From Eledone cirrhosa (taxonomy: Eukaryota), in assembly GCA_964016885.1 (NCBI GenBank), contig OZ024740.1, positions 380,432,001-380,496,000 on the forward strand: a stretch of 64,000 nt of DNA, given 5' to 3'. Every line of letters begins with the position of its first letter. Position 1 is the stretch's first letter. The notes under the pieces were generated by a model. It was not told where the DNA came from and did no database searches. It saw only the letters and a list, made by a program, of their open reading frames with translations. Made by a program: the position numbers and the translations under genes. Below are positions 31,843 to 45,429 of this stretch, piece by piece.

Positions 31843-34189
31843 TGAATTCACCAAACTTCCTATTGAAAAAACTGACTCCTTCGTAAGAAGACTTAGATGG
31901 ACAGCCTATTTCTATGACCAGCGCCTAAAAGGGAACTTCCATACCAAAGAACATAACTTCCTCGATCATCTTTTTAATTCTAGACGAAATCCTCCTTCCA
32001 ACAAAAATCTAGTACAATTCGAGGAAGAATTAACTAAAATAATAAAAAATCTTAAATTCAAGAGATACCCTTACAAAGGACAAGAGCACCTTGTAAATCT
32101 CAAGAACACAATCTCTAACCTAAATTCCTCAAAAAATGTTTTAGTCCACTCTGACAAAACCAATAACTTATATGATATTTCCAAGGATAATTATAACAAC
32201 CTTATCCTAAAGGAACTTAGGAAAAAGTATCGTAAAACCAACCATGAAAATTTAGAATACATAAACCTTGAAGCCTCTGAGATTATGTCAAAACTTGGCA
32301 TTGAAAAAAAGACCGAACCATTCCTCCCAAGAACTCCGAGGATAAATCTCAAGGATCACAAAAACAATTTTCGCACTGAACTACCTGTTAGATTAATCGC
32401 CCCCTCTAAATCTGATCTGGGGGTTGTTAGTAAAGCCATCTTGGATAGAATTATCCCACAGGTTAGTTCTAATTGCTCTTCTTTGAACCTAAATTTATGG
32501 TTTGGTACTTCTGAGGTGATTGGCTGGTTCAACAAATTGGATAATAAAAACAAACTAAAATTTATTCAATTTGATATTGCCAGCTACTATTCCTCCATTT
32601 CGCCTTCACTTCTCAATAATGCTCTATCTTTCGCACTTAAATATTCTGACATCACCACAGATGAACCTCACATCATCCTCACCGCACGTAAAACCATCCT
32701 AGAGTTCAACAACGAATATTGGACCAGAGCCGATACCTCTAACAACTTCGACATCACAATGGGAGCATCCGATTCATCCCAATTGACTGATTTAATTGGT
32801 ATCTTCATTTTGAACTCTTTGAATCGGAAAATTCCTCAACTTCGCGGTGGAATTTATCGTGACGATGGACTCTTTACTATCCTAAATTGCAATATAGTTA
32901 ACCTTAATATTATTAAGAACAATATACCTAATCTCTTTAACCAACATAACCTAAAAATTGAATTTGATAATAGTATCAAACTAGCTAATTTCTTGGATGT
33001 ATCTCTTAATCTTGACACTGGCCTATATTACCCTTACCATAAAAACAATGAGAACCTAAATTATGTTAACTTTAAATCTAACCATCCTACCAATATCAAG
33101 AATGCTATAGTTAGTAATATTGGAAAAAGAATATCTAACATATCCTCTAATAAAAACATCTTTGATGCTAACGCCAATTACTATAATAACGCACTTTCTA
33201 AAGCCGGCTATCCAGATAAAATCAAATATAGTAAAGAAACAAATTCTAGAAAAACTTACAGTAGAATAATTAATCATGATCATTCCAATAATTTTAATAA
33301 AAGACCTAGATACAAAAACATAATCTGGTATAATGCTCCTTTCTCCATCTCTATTAATAACAATATTCCTAAATTATTTTTTAGTGCCTTAAATAAATGC
33401 TTCCCTCCCTCACATATCTATAGTAAAATATTTAACAAACACCCCATCAAATTTTCTTATTCTACATCCTCCAATATTTCCAACATCATCTCTAAACACA
33501 ACAATAAAATACTAAATACTAAATCTCTTCCTTCCAACACTGAATTTCATAATAACAGTAATAGTACTCCCGACGTCATTGTAAACCCTAGGCTAACTTC
33601 TGTAAACCCAAATACAACGTCAAACACAACTTCGCTAAATGTTCATAATCCAACTCTAAATCAAGAAACTATTATTCCTATTATTCCTATCGCAAACAAC
33701 TTCTCCAATCCAATTCCTTCTATAGATAACACTAGGTCACTCATTAATAATCTCTCTAATTGCAACTGCCGCATTAAAAATAAATGTCCTCTCAACAACC
33801 ATTGTCTCGATAAAAACTTAATTTATGAATGTAAAATTATAACTAGCACCAATTCCTTCACCTATTTTGGCTCCACTTCCACCTCTTTTAAAGCTCGTCT
33901 CTATAATCATCATTCATCTTTCAAATACAAACTTAAAAGAACCAACACTGCTCTCTCAGAACTCATATGGTCCTTAAAAGACAAAAACATTAAATATACC
34001 ATCTTTTGGAAGAAGGTTTCTTCTGCATCCTCATACTTGAACAGCTCTCTATCTAAAATCTGTAATCTCTGCCTAAATGAAAAATTTACCATTATCTCTA
34101 ACCTAGATTCTATAATAAATAGACGTACAGATTTGTTTTCTATCTGCCTGCATAAATTCCATAGGACTTTTCACAAAGTATACAGTTAA
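31843..34189 (+). CDS. Naiad-type Penelope-like retroelement ORF (RT + Cys linker + GIY-YIG endonuclease), open for about 780 codons, extreme N-terminus probably missing
   Basis: [116 protein letters not shown]. Confidence 0.92.
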
Positions 34190-35325
34190 TATTCAATTCT
34201 TTATCAATTTAGAATCTTTTCTCAAAGGCACATATACATACACCTCTTTAAAATATACCCATCTTCCTACCTTACTTTAAAGGGCATTATACACTCTATA
34301 ATACTTGTTTACTCATTACCCTCATTCTATCTTCACCTTGTAAAATCCTTCATAACATATACATTTGTTTTTTTGACGTTAGAATATTCATCCGCAATCA
34401 TTATTATTTTTTCTCTCTATCATAAATCTTTTTAATCTCAATTTCATCCTTAATTTATTATTTTTTTCTCCCCATCAACGAACTCATTCTTAATACATAT
34501 TAACTCTTTATTCGCATATATTATCAATTCCTTCAATATACAAACTTTAACTTCACATTATTTTTCTCAAATCCTTCTACACACAAACCTTAATAATTTT
34601 TCTCTTCGTTAATTTGAAATTGCCACAATACTTATCAACATACACTTTTTTGACGTTAGAATATTCATCCACAATTATTATTTTTTCTCTCTATCTTCAT
34701 ACATAAATTCCCTTCGTTAATTTTCAAATTCCTTTAATTTATACATTATCTTCCAACGGTTCTCAACCTCTCTATGTTAAAACAATATATCTTTTTCTCA
34801 GTTATAAAAACTATCTCTTTCTCTCTATCACCCATCTCTCCCTCTCCACCTTCACTCTCATCTCCTCCCCCTTTTTTCATCCTTTCCACACCCCCCCCCC
34901 CCCTAAATAAAATATTTTTTCCTCGCACATATCCTCCCTTCGTTAATTTTCAAATTTTTTTAATTTATACATTATCTTCCAACGGTTTTCAACCTCTCTA
35001 TGTAAAACAATATATCTCCTCTCAGTTATAAAAACTATCTCTTTCTCTCTATCACCCATCTCTCCCTCTCATCTCCTCCCCTTTTTCATCCTTTCCACCC
35101 CACCCCCCTCTCTAAATAAAATATTTTTCCCAATATCACACATCAATCTAAAACCACTTTTCATATGTTGATTTAAAACTGCACTATCCACAAGTGTTTT
35201 TTAGCCTTCATATCATGTTCTCCTGTTTTATCTGATGAAAACACAAATATTATTGCATGATGATGTTTGTTTTGAAATGCGCATAATAAAATACATGGAA
35301 CTCCTTTAACCATCTTTTGATCTTA
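34190..35325 (+). mobile_element. 3' UTR / pseudo-LTR of the Naiad element, with internal duplications
   Basis: Direct repeat about 34710-34920 vs about 34937-35130; ends with a hammerhead, then (TA)n. Confidence 0.75.
35226..35291 (+). ncRNA. Type I hammerhead at the Naiad 3' end
   Basis: ttttat CTGATGA aaac acaaatat tattgcatgatg atgtttgt ttt GAAA tgcgca TA ataaaa. Confidence 0.82.
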
Positions 35326-35536
35326 TATTATATATATTTATGTATATATATATTTATATATATATATATTTATATACATATAGTTATATTTATATATATA
35401 TATTTATTTATATATATATAGTTATATTTATATATATATATTTATTTATATATATATATATTTATATATATATATATTTATATATATATTTATTTATATA
35501 TATATATATTTATATATATATATTTATATATATATA

Positions 35537-35601
<65 letters not shown>

Positions 35602-35614
35602 ATATATATGTATT

Positions 35615-35669
<55 letters not shown>

Positions 35670-35684
35670 ATTTATATATATATA

Positions 35685-35743
<59 letters not shown>

Positions 35744-35760
35744 TTATATATATATATATT

Positions 35761-35818
<58 letters not shown>

Positions 35819-35891
35819 TATATATATATATTTATATATATATATTTATATATATATATTTAAATATATATATTTATATATATATATTTAA

Positions 35892-35932
<41 letters not shown>

Positions 35933-36246
35933 TATATATTTATATTTATATATATATATTTATATATTTATATATATATTTATATATTTATATTTATATA
36001 TATTTATATATATATATTTATATATATATATTTATATATATATATTTATATATATATATTTATATATATATATATTTATATATATATATATTTATATATA
36101 TTTATATATATATATTTATATATATTTATATTTATATATATATATTTATATATATATATTTATATATATATATTTATATATATATATATTTATATATATA
36201 TATATTTATATATATTTATATATATATATTTATATATATTTATATT

Positions 36247-36277
<31 letters not shown>

Positions 36278-36290
36278 ATATTTATATATA

Positions 36291-36690
36291 GTAATAATAA
36301 TAAATTTGAAGACAAAAATCCAAAGAGGGCTCGATAAGGATAAATATATATCAAATATATAAGAACCGTAGAGCAAATATTTATTAAAATAACAGATTAA
36401 AGTTTAAGCAAAGAATCGCTGCTTTCACCATTAACGGGATCTTCTGAAACTAAAAAAGTCAATCTGTAAACGCAGAAGTGGATATTTCAAAAAACGTTGC
36501 AACCGGAGGAAGACAGGAAGACGATACTTTGGTTCGTGGAAACGCTCCCTGGCAAAGAACGGGAAAAAACGAATATAATACGTCATTAATAGGAGCGGTG
36601 AAAAACAATTACGTGGTTCTGTCTTTGCGCGTAATTGTTTTTCACCGCTACTATTAATGACATATTATATTTGTTTTTTCCCGTTTATAA
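36291..36690 (-). mobile_element. Solo 3' end/pseudo-LTR of the Naiad family at 52072-55168, with a short fold-back
   Basis: 36380-36620 matches 52070-52320; terminal motif gtaataataataaa..gaagac..aaatccaaagagggctcgataaggataa. Confidence 0.75.
36401..36451 (-). ncRNA. Hammerhead variant with CAGAAGA core
   Basis: Minus strand: agttt CAGAAGA tcccgttaatggt GAAA gca gcgattctt tgc TT aaact. Confidence 0.55.
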
Positions 36691-36782
36691 ATTCCTAAAT
36701 TTATAAATTAATTATAAAACGTTGAAGTGAAAGCAACTGGTGCATGTGTTTCTTATTGGCAACTTGACCCTCCCAAAGTATA

Positions 36783-36822
<40 letters not shown>

Positions 36823-36867
36823 ATATTTATATATATATATTTATATATATATATTTATATATATATG

Positions 36868-39750
36868 GAAAGTTATATTTAAATTGTTGGGTTACAACTA
36901 GTAAATATTTATAACTGATATAAAAGCACTCGACAAATATTTGGAGTATATTTACAATATTAAATAGAATTTAATATTGATAGAATTTAATATTGATAGA
37001 ATTTAATGACCAACTATGGACCAGAGCAGCTAGAGATAGCAATTTTGACATAACTATGGGATCATCCGACTCAGCTCAGGTAACTGACCTTGTGGGCTTA
37101 TTTTTAATCAATTCGCTACATAGGAAAATACCTGGTACTACCGGAGGTTTATATAGAGATGACATGCTTTTACTTATTGATAATAATAACTCTGAACTAA
37201 ATAGAAAATGTAAACAAATTACACAATTTTTTAATTACTTTAATCTTAAAATAGAAATTGAGAACAACCATAGAATAGTCAATTTCCTAGATATAACATT
37301 AAATCTCAACACATGTCTTCACTATCCTTTTCACAAGTTGAATGAAAACTTAAACTATGTCAACTTTAACTCAAACCACCCCAGATCTGTCAAAAACACT
37401 ATAGTAAACTCTGTTCAAAAACGTATCTCTAGGATCTCGTCGAATAGAAAGATTTTCGACGAAAAAGCCCAATACTATAATGAAGCATTAGCTAGAGCAG
37501 GATATGCTGATAAGATTGTGTACATAGATAATGATAGACAAACTAAACAAAGTAACAACTTTTTTTATTACGGCAACAACCTTAACAACTATAATAGAAA
37601 GCATTACAATAATTCCAAAGGCCAAAAAATAAATAGAACTAGGAACATAATTTGGTTTGCCCCCCTTTCTCACTAAACATTAAAACCCACATCGCTAAAC
37701 TATTTTTCAAAGCTCTTGATAATCGCTTCCCTAGAACACATAGGTATCACTCAATTTTCAATAGACATACAATAAAATTAACTTACTCATCCACCAAAAA
37801 TTTAGCACAAAATATTAATAGAATAAATAATAGGAACTTAAAACCTAGTGATAATAGCATAAATAATATACAAGTTAACAAATGTAACTGTAGAGATAGA
37901 TCTAAATGTCCGTTAAATAACAACTGCTTAGTTAAAAATATAGTATACAATTGTAATGTTAATACTGACTCTAATTCTTTTAACTACGTCGGTTCCACAT
38001 CGACGGAATTTAAACTTCGCTATAATAACCACAAGAATTCTTTCACAGATCCAAGCAAAAAATCTTCAACGGCACTATCAGGCGTACTCTGGCAACTTAA
38101 GCTAGATAACGTTAGATATTCGACGGCTTGGAATATAGTCTCAAGAGGGATTCCTTTTAATTCATCCTCTGAGACATGTGACCGCTGCGCAGAGGAGATA
38201 TTCTTTATACTAAAATCTAAAAATTCCCTTAATCTACGGACAAATTTATTCAGTTATTGCAAACATAGATTAAACTCAACGTTTAAATATAAATTTAAAT
38301 TTAAAATGTAGTATATTTAGTTTGATTTATAATTATATGGGAAACTAGCCGATAAATCTTTGATTCCTTCTTTTTATTCTTTTTATTTTTATTTTATTTT
38401 TATTTAAACATTCCTCATGAAAAATTAAGCTACCCTAAAAGCTGATGCTCTAAATATTTCGAATAAACGTTACACTAGATAAACTTCTATATTAAATATA
38501 AGAACACATGTAGACCAAATTGGGCATCCTAAACTTTTTGAAATGATCTTTGCTAGATGTGATTTGATAGATAATTTTTGGCTTTATCTGTTTTTCGACT
38601 CTGATGCTTATAATGAACTTGGCAATATATTGTCAATTAATTTTGAAGGGTTGATCTTTGTGGTTTATTTTTATTTTTATTATTGTAGTATTTTCTAATA
38701 TTTTTATTTTTAATATTTTTAATATGTAAATTTTTTAATATGTAATATTTTTAATATGTAATATTCTTTCGTAATATTTTTTAGTTTTCTATTTTATTAT
38801 TACTTATTATTATTATTGTTATTTTTTAGTTTTGTTTCTGATATATATTTTTATTAGTATATTGAAATCTGCTCTCTATTTCTGCTTGATAGATAATCTT
38901 GTAGAGTAAAGACAGGAATAGTAATACACATATATGTATACTTAAATTTTTATACCACATTGAGAATGTTTTCCGTGAACTTAGGGTTTGCAGAGTTGAT
39001 CATGTAGATTCACATGGATGTTTGTAGCTATCACATAAACATATGAATTTTTTTAAAAAACTAAACATAAGATCATTAATTTTCACACATTATGGATACT
39101 TGTCTCATTCAGGAATACTGATATTTACAATATAGTGGCTGGTTTTTATAAATACTAATACCTCTACATTAAAACATAGGGTTTTTTACGCCTCGCCTAT
39201 ATCTGGTTATTTCTAAATTTTTTCTCTCTCTATATTTTTTCTCTCTCTATATTTTTTCTCTCTCTATATTTTTTCTCTATATATATATCTCCCTTACATT
39301 AATACTAGAGCTAAATAAATAAATAAATAAATAAATGTATCATTGATACGTTTACTCAACAGACGTCCCACTACCTAATTTTCTATATATATGTATCTAT
39401 CTCTATTTCCTCTCTCTATATATATATATATCTCTTTCTGTTTCTTTACATGAAGTTCTTCTCTTTATCTATCTTTCCATCTCTCTATTTTGTTCCATGC
39501 ATTTCTTCTTTTTCTTCTTTTTCTTCGTTTTCTGTCTTTCTTTCTCTCTGTGTACAATTTTTTCACTGCCAAATCAACCTTTTCAAATACAAGTCGATGT
39601 TGTTACGGTATGTCGAATCTATTTATCTATAAAACTGTTTATATTGTATTTTGTCTGAGGAAGGCATAGCATATTGTTAATATGATATCCCTGAAATATA
39701 TATAATGAAATAAATATGGTTTTATAAATATAGTTTCCATTTATTTAATA
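36868..39750 (+). mobile_element. Second Naiad-type PLE, 5'-truncated and frameshifted, with long 3' UTR and a short inverted terminal piece upstream
   Basis: ORFs 36993..37676 (FDITMGSSDS, LYRDDML, NFLDITLNL) and 37652..38311 (CNCRDRSKCPLNNNC, IVY..YVGST..FKLRYNNH). 36868-36965 equals 59302-59400, which continues the inverted 3' end. Confidence 0.88.
39641..39717 (+). ncRNA. Type I hammerhead at the Naiad 3' end
   Basis: atattgtattttgt CTGAGGA agg catag catatt gtt aatatg atatc cct GAAA tatata TA atgaaataaatat. Confidence 0.8.
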
Positions 39751-39782
39751 TTTATATATATATATATTTATATATATATATT

Positions 39783-39815
<33 letters not shown>

Positions 39816-39818
39816 ATT

Positions 39819-39868
<50 letters not shown>

Positions 39869-39878
39869 TATATATATT

Positions 39879-40371
39879 TAAAAACAAATAACGAAACGAA
39901 ATTAAATTTCGTTTCGTTTGTAACTCACTTTTGTATGACTGACGCTTAAACAATTAAGTTAAAAATGTACATCCACATATGTATACTGAAATACTAGTAT
40001 GCATATGAATAGACACACGTATACATATGTAGATGTACCGAGTTTTTCACTGGTCACTTTACTGTGAGTGTCCAGCTATTCTGTATGTATACACAAAGAC
40101 AAACCGGTTTTTAGAGTTTTTAGAGTCATACTGGTTTTTGAGGAAACACCTTTCCTCTGGCTTTCTGGAGAATAGAGGAAAGGTGTTTCCTCAAAAACCA
40201 GTATGACTCTAAAAACCGGTTTGTCTGTGTGTTTACATACAGAATAGCTGGACACTCACAGTAAAGTGACCAGTGAAAAACTCGGTACATCTACATATGT
40301 ATACGTGTGTGTATTCATATGCATACTAGTATTTCAGTATACATATGTGGATGTACATTTTTAACTTAATT
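39879..40371. repeat. Fold-back (inverted) partial copies of the 468-bp family, truncated before the ribozyme
   Basis: 39952-40158 is mirrored by 40174-40371. Confidence 0.85.
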
Positions 40372-40380
40372 ATATATATT

Positions 40381-40418
<38 letters not shown>

Positions 40419-40526
40419 TATATATATATATAAGCGATGAAATGCCTATGATAGTTGGAAGATAACTGATGAAGGACAAACTTTTTTCATATGTAACCCA
40501 TTTGCAACTCCGCAGCGCCCTTATTA

Positions 40527-40597
<71 letters not shown>

Positions 40598-40669
40598 TAG
40601 CGAAGCAAGTGGTTATTAAACAACTTTCTAAATAAATTAAAAAATGATTAAACAATCACCTGTTCAGAC

Positions 40670-40750
40670 GCTGTTACCGACGGTTTCATCATTCCGAAAG
40701 ATTGAAAATCCAACGAATTTCCAATGGAAAGAAATGAATCTTCAGACAGC
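40670..40750 (-). ncRNA. Type I hammerhead, extended stem II
   Basis: Reverse complement of 41307-41387. Confidence 0.8.
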
Positions 40751-41306
40751 CCTATTTCCACGCCATAAGGTATCTAGCCTAATAGCAAGTAAATATTATG
40801 CTCCCTGCCCAACACATGCGGTCAAGCCGTTAAAATGATACACACGCAAATCAGGTCGCTGATAAAAGCTGGATATTATAAACATGTCGAATTGCCACTA
40901 AAATTAGCAGCATTATTCAACGTTTTGTTCTCTACATAAGGAGAATAATTATAGAAGTGTATGGATACTTCAACAGGTACAATGTACTTGTAGAAATATT
41001 CAAGTTGTTTATAATACATGTGGTTCAATGGCACTACGTGGAAATAGGGCTGTCTGAATATTTCTACAAGTACATTGTACCTGTTGAAGTATCCATCCAC
41101 TTCTATAATTATTCTCCTTATGTAGAGAACAAAACGTTGAATAATGCTGCTAATTTTAGTGGCAATTCGACATGTTTATAATATCCAGCTTTTATCAGCG
41201 ACCTGATTTGCGTGTGTGTCATTTTAACGGCTTGACCGCATGTGTTGGGCAGGGAGCATAATATTTACTTGCTATTAGGCTAGATACCTTATGGCGTGGA
41301 AATAGG

Positions 41307-41387
41307 GCTGTCTGAAGATTCATTTCTTTCCATTGGAAATTCGTTGGATTTTCAATCTTTCGGAATGATGAAACCGTCGGTAACAGC
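41307..41387 (+). ncRNA. Type I hammerhead, extended stem II
   Basis: gctgt CTGAAGA ttcatttc tttcc attggaaatt cgtt ggattttcaat ctttc ggaatga t GAAA ccg t cgg TA acagc. Confidence 0.82.
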
Positions 41388-41646
41388 GTCTGAACAGGTG
41401 ATTGTTTAATCATTTTTTAATTTATTTAGAAAGTTGTTTAATAACCACTTGCTTCGCTACTTTTATATTGTTCTGGTATCTCGAATTAGTGCCATTGAAC
41501 CACACGTATTATAAACAACTTGAATAGTTCTACAAGTACATTGTACCAGTTGAAGTATCCATCCACTTCTATATTTATATATATTTATGTATATATATAT
41601 ATTTATATATATATATTTATGTATATATATATATATTTATATATAT

Positions 41647-41822
41647 AACGAAGGAAATGTGGTAAGGAACCAGGTGGACAATAACGCACCAAAGTACTCA
41701 ATACTTAGAGTAGTAGAGTGGGTAATAGGAACCAGTAAGACCCCGACGGCTGAGCTCAAGCCGTTTCGACGGCTAATTCGAAACGGCTTGAGCTCAGCCG
41801 TCGGTGTCTTACTGGTTCCTAT
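41647..41822. repeat. About 175-bp TA-flanked repeat with terminal fold-back hairpin (copy 1 of 5)
   Basis: ataggaaccagtaagaccccgacggctgagctcaagccgtttcga...tcgaaacggcttgagctcagccgtcggtgtcttactggttcctat. Other copies at 47563-47752, 55511-55688, 55833-56003 and 57367-57420. Confidence 0.85.
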
Positions 41823-41823
41823 T

Positions 41824-41940
<117 letters not shown>

Positions 41941-41975
41941 ATATAATTATATATATATATATATTTATATATATT

Positions 41976-42028
<53 letters not shown>

Positions 42029-42031
42029 ATT

Positions 42032-42064
<33 letters not shown>

Positions 42065-42095
42065 ATTTATATTTATATATATATATTTATATATA

Positions 42096-42135
<40 letters not shown>

Positions 42136-42190
42136 TTATATATATATATATATATATTATATATATTTATATATATATATTATATATATT

Positions 42191-42259
<69 letters not shown>

Positions 42260-42260
42260 T

Positions 42261-42388
<128 letters not shown>

Positions 42389-42605
42389 ATTTATATATAT
42401 ATATATTTATATTTATATATATATATATTTATATATATATATATTTATATATATATATATTTATATATATTTATATATATATATATTTATATATATATAT
42501 ATTTATATATATTTATATATATATATATTTATATATATATATATTTATATATATATATATTTATATATATATATATTTATATATATATATATTTATATAT
42601 ATATA

Positions 42606-42650
<45 letters not shown>

Positions 42651-42665
42651 ATTTATATATTTATA

Positions 42666-42732
<67 letters not shown>

Positions 42733-42917
42733 ATATTTATATGTAATAAAGAATTCATATCTAGTAACATATATATACATACAGATGCATATCAATGCTA
42801 GCAAATATATAGGTTTTGTCTTAATAACAGTGTGGTTCAATGCATGGGGTTGCAGAACAATAATATAAGAGACGTAAAATAAGAAAATTGTAAAATTAAC
42901 TTACTTACTAAAATATC

Positions 42918-43000
42918 ACTTCCAACTAATTAGTTTCTGGAATGGAGTAAATATATTTTCCGAAGACTAATATAGAGAAGCATTCCGTCGTCAGGAAAGT
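42918..43000 (-). ncRNA. Type I hammerhead, extended stem II
   Basis: Minus strand: actttc CTGACGA c ggaatg ... cattcc a GAAA ctaattag TT ggaagt. Confidence 0.72.
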
Positions 43001-43245
43001 CTATTCTCATGTAAGTTTCCAGGCAAAGCGAGGACACTGGAAACTTATTAAAAAATAATTCAGTGGATAGGAAATAGCGAAGCGTGGACTGAATTCCAAG
43101 CCATTGAGAAAATCACTGCCTCTACGTCTGTGGCAAATTCAAAAAGAATCGAACACGTGACATCGAGGTCAATCAGTGGAAAGTGGTTTGCTAATAAGAC
43201 AGCGGCCTGCCTACTATATTTATATATATATATTTATATATATTT

Positions 43246-43400
<155 letters not shown>

Positions 43401-43407
43401 ATATATT

Positions 43408-43440
<33 letters not shown>

Positions 43441-43525
43441 ATATATATATATATAGTTAGAATCTCATCTATATTAAAACTATATATATATATATATATA
43501 TATTTCTATATATATAGAGAGAGAA

Positions 43526-45392
43526 ATGAGACGTAGAACCAAACTCTCAAACCAGTTGAATAGTCAACAAACCAAAAACAAGGAATCCTATTTGAAATGT
43601 GCATTACTTGGCACCGAGATTGCACTCAAGCTTTCCCATAACAATGAGAGGGCAAAGAAAGAGAACAGGGCCATAGAAAACATTAAAACAAACCCTAAGG
43701 CCTTCTTTAAATTTGCAAAAGAAACTGCCTCAATACACTGCAAGATTGGGCCACTCTTCCATACGGACGGTTCATTAACCGAAAACCCCCAAGAGATATG
43801 TGAAATACTGAACCAACAGTACAAAAGTGTGTTCACATGTCCTCTGAGGCACATGCAAATAACGAAGCCAGAGGAGTTCTTTGATGCCACAACACTACAT
43901 CAAGAAATGGCAACCATCAACCACATAGACATAACGGAGGAGGATGTGGTGTACGCCATTGATGAAATTAGAACAGACTCCGCTGCTGGACCTGATAGAT
44001 TCCCAGCAGTTCTCTTAAAAATATGTAAGCGGGCCTTACCAACTCCACTGAAGATGCTCTTCAGAAGCTCCTTGGCTAGCGGTGTACTACCCAGGGAGCT
44101 GAAAGAAGGCACAATATGCCCTATCCATAAAGGAGGTAGCAGAGCGGAGGCCAAAATCTATAGGCCAGTCTGCCTGACGTCGCATATCAGTGAGGTCATG
44201 GAGTGAGTCGTCAGAAAGAAACTGATCCCTTTCCTCGAGGAAAATGACCGTCTGACTAGCACGCAACATGGCTTCCGCCCAGGAAGAAGCTGCCTTACAC
44301 AGCTGCTACATCACTACGACTGGGTACTGAGACAACTACTAGACAGCTCACATGTGGACGTGATATATCTTGACTTTGCGAAGGCCTTTGACAAGGTCGA
44401 CCACAGAATATGTCACAAACTACACGGACTCGGCATGACTGGAAGAGTAGGTGGGTGGCTGCATGACTTCCTAAAGGACAGAAGCCAGGCAGTCGCAGAA
44501 AATGGGGCCCTCTCAAAGTAAACACCAATAACAAGTGGGGTGCCCCAGGGGACAGTCCTGGGACCACTACTGTTTTTGCTGGCTCTCTCAGACATGCCCT
44601 CTGTAGTACATACAACAACATCCCTCACTGGCTATGCTGATGACACTAAGGTAGCACAGGCAATCAAAAACCCAGCTGACGCTGCCCTTTTACAGCAGGA
44701 AGAAAACAACATGCAGTTTAATGCTGGCAAATTCCAAGCCCTACAATACAAACCTCCAAACAAACCTGCAAACACAAATATAGTGGAACACAACTACACA
44801 GGACGAGGAGGGACCGATATCCCCGTGTCAAAATCGATACGAGACCTGGGCATAGACATGAGCGATGATGCATCCTTTTCTTCACACATCATGAAAGTGG
44901 CGACAATGTGCAGACGACTTGCTGGCTGGATCTTGAGGACTTTCCGGACAAGAGATCGAGACACCATGTTGACACTATGGAGGACATTTGTCCTATCCGC
45001 CTGGACTACTGCTCCCAGTTGTGGTCACCCCATAGTGTCAAACTAACCACGGAGCTTGAGGCAATCCAGCGAAGCTACACCAAGAGGATTGCCAAGATAA
45101 GGGAGACAAGCTACTGGGAGAGGCTAAAGGAACTGAACCTCTACTCCTTGGAACGAAGACGGGAGAGATACGCAGTGATCTACGTGTGGAAAATCCTGGA
45201 GAGATTAGCACCAAACTTTGGCATTGGGAGCTGGACCAACCGTCGAACAGGACGTCACTGTGTGGTGCCAAAGGTCCCGTCTTCCACGTCTAGAGTAAGG
45301 AGCATGTATTGCAATTGCCTGGGATTCAAGGGCCCTCAACTCTTCAACAGGCTGCCGACGGATCTGAGAGATTTGCATGACGTGGAGGTGGA
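43526..45392 (+). mobile_element. CR1-like non-LTR retrotransposon ORF2 fragment (RT), disrupted
   Basis: [90 protein letters not shown]; contains stops and frameshifts. Confidence 0.9.
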
Positions 45393-45429
45393 TGACGTGT
45401 GGTGGAATACGAGAGCTTCACAGTGTGTC

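Larger units (their letters stand above)
40592..41575. repeat. Near-perfect inverted repeat of about 400 bp per arm, hammerhead-bearing family
   Basis: 40592-41000 is the reverse complement of 41057-41465 (mirror ORF pairs in the track); a third copy is at 58720-59130. Confidence 0.9.

Noticed and set aside
33750-35325. Selenocysteine recoding/SECIS, known in some Naiads
   Set aside because: Linker and endonuclease Cys positions are ordinary Cys codons in the four copies; no in-frame TGA there and no convincing SECIS seen by eye.
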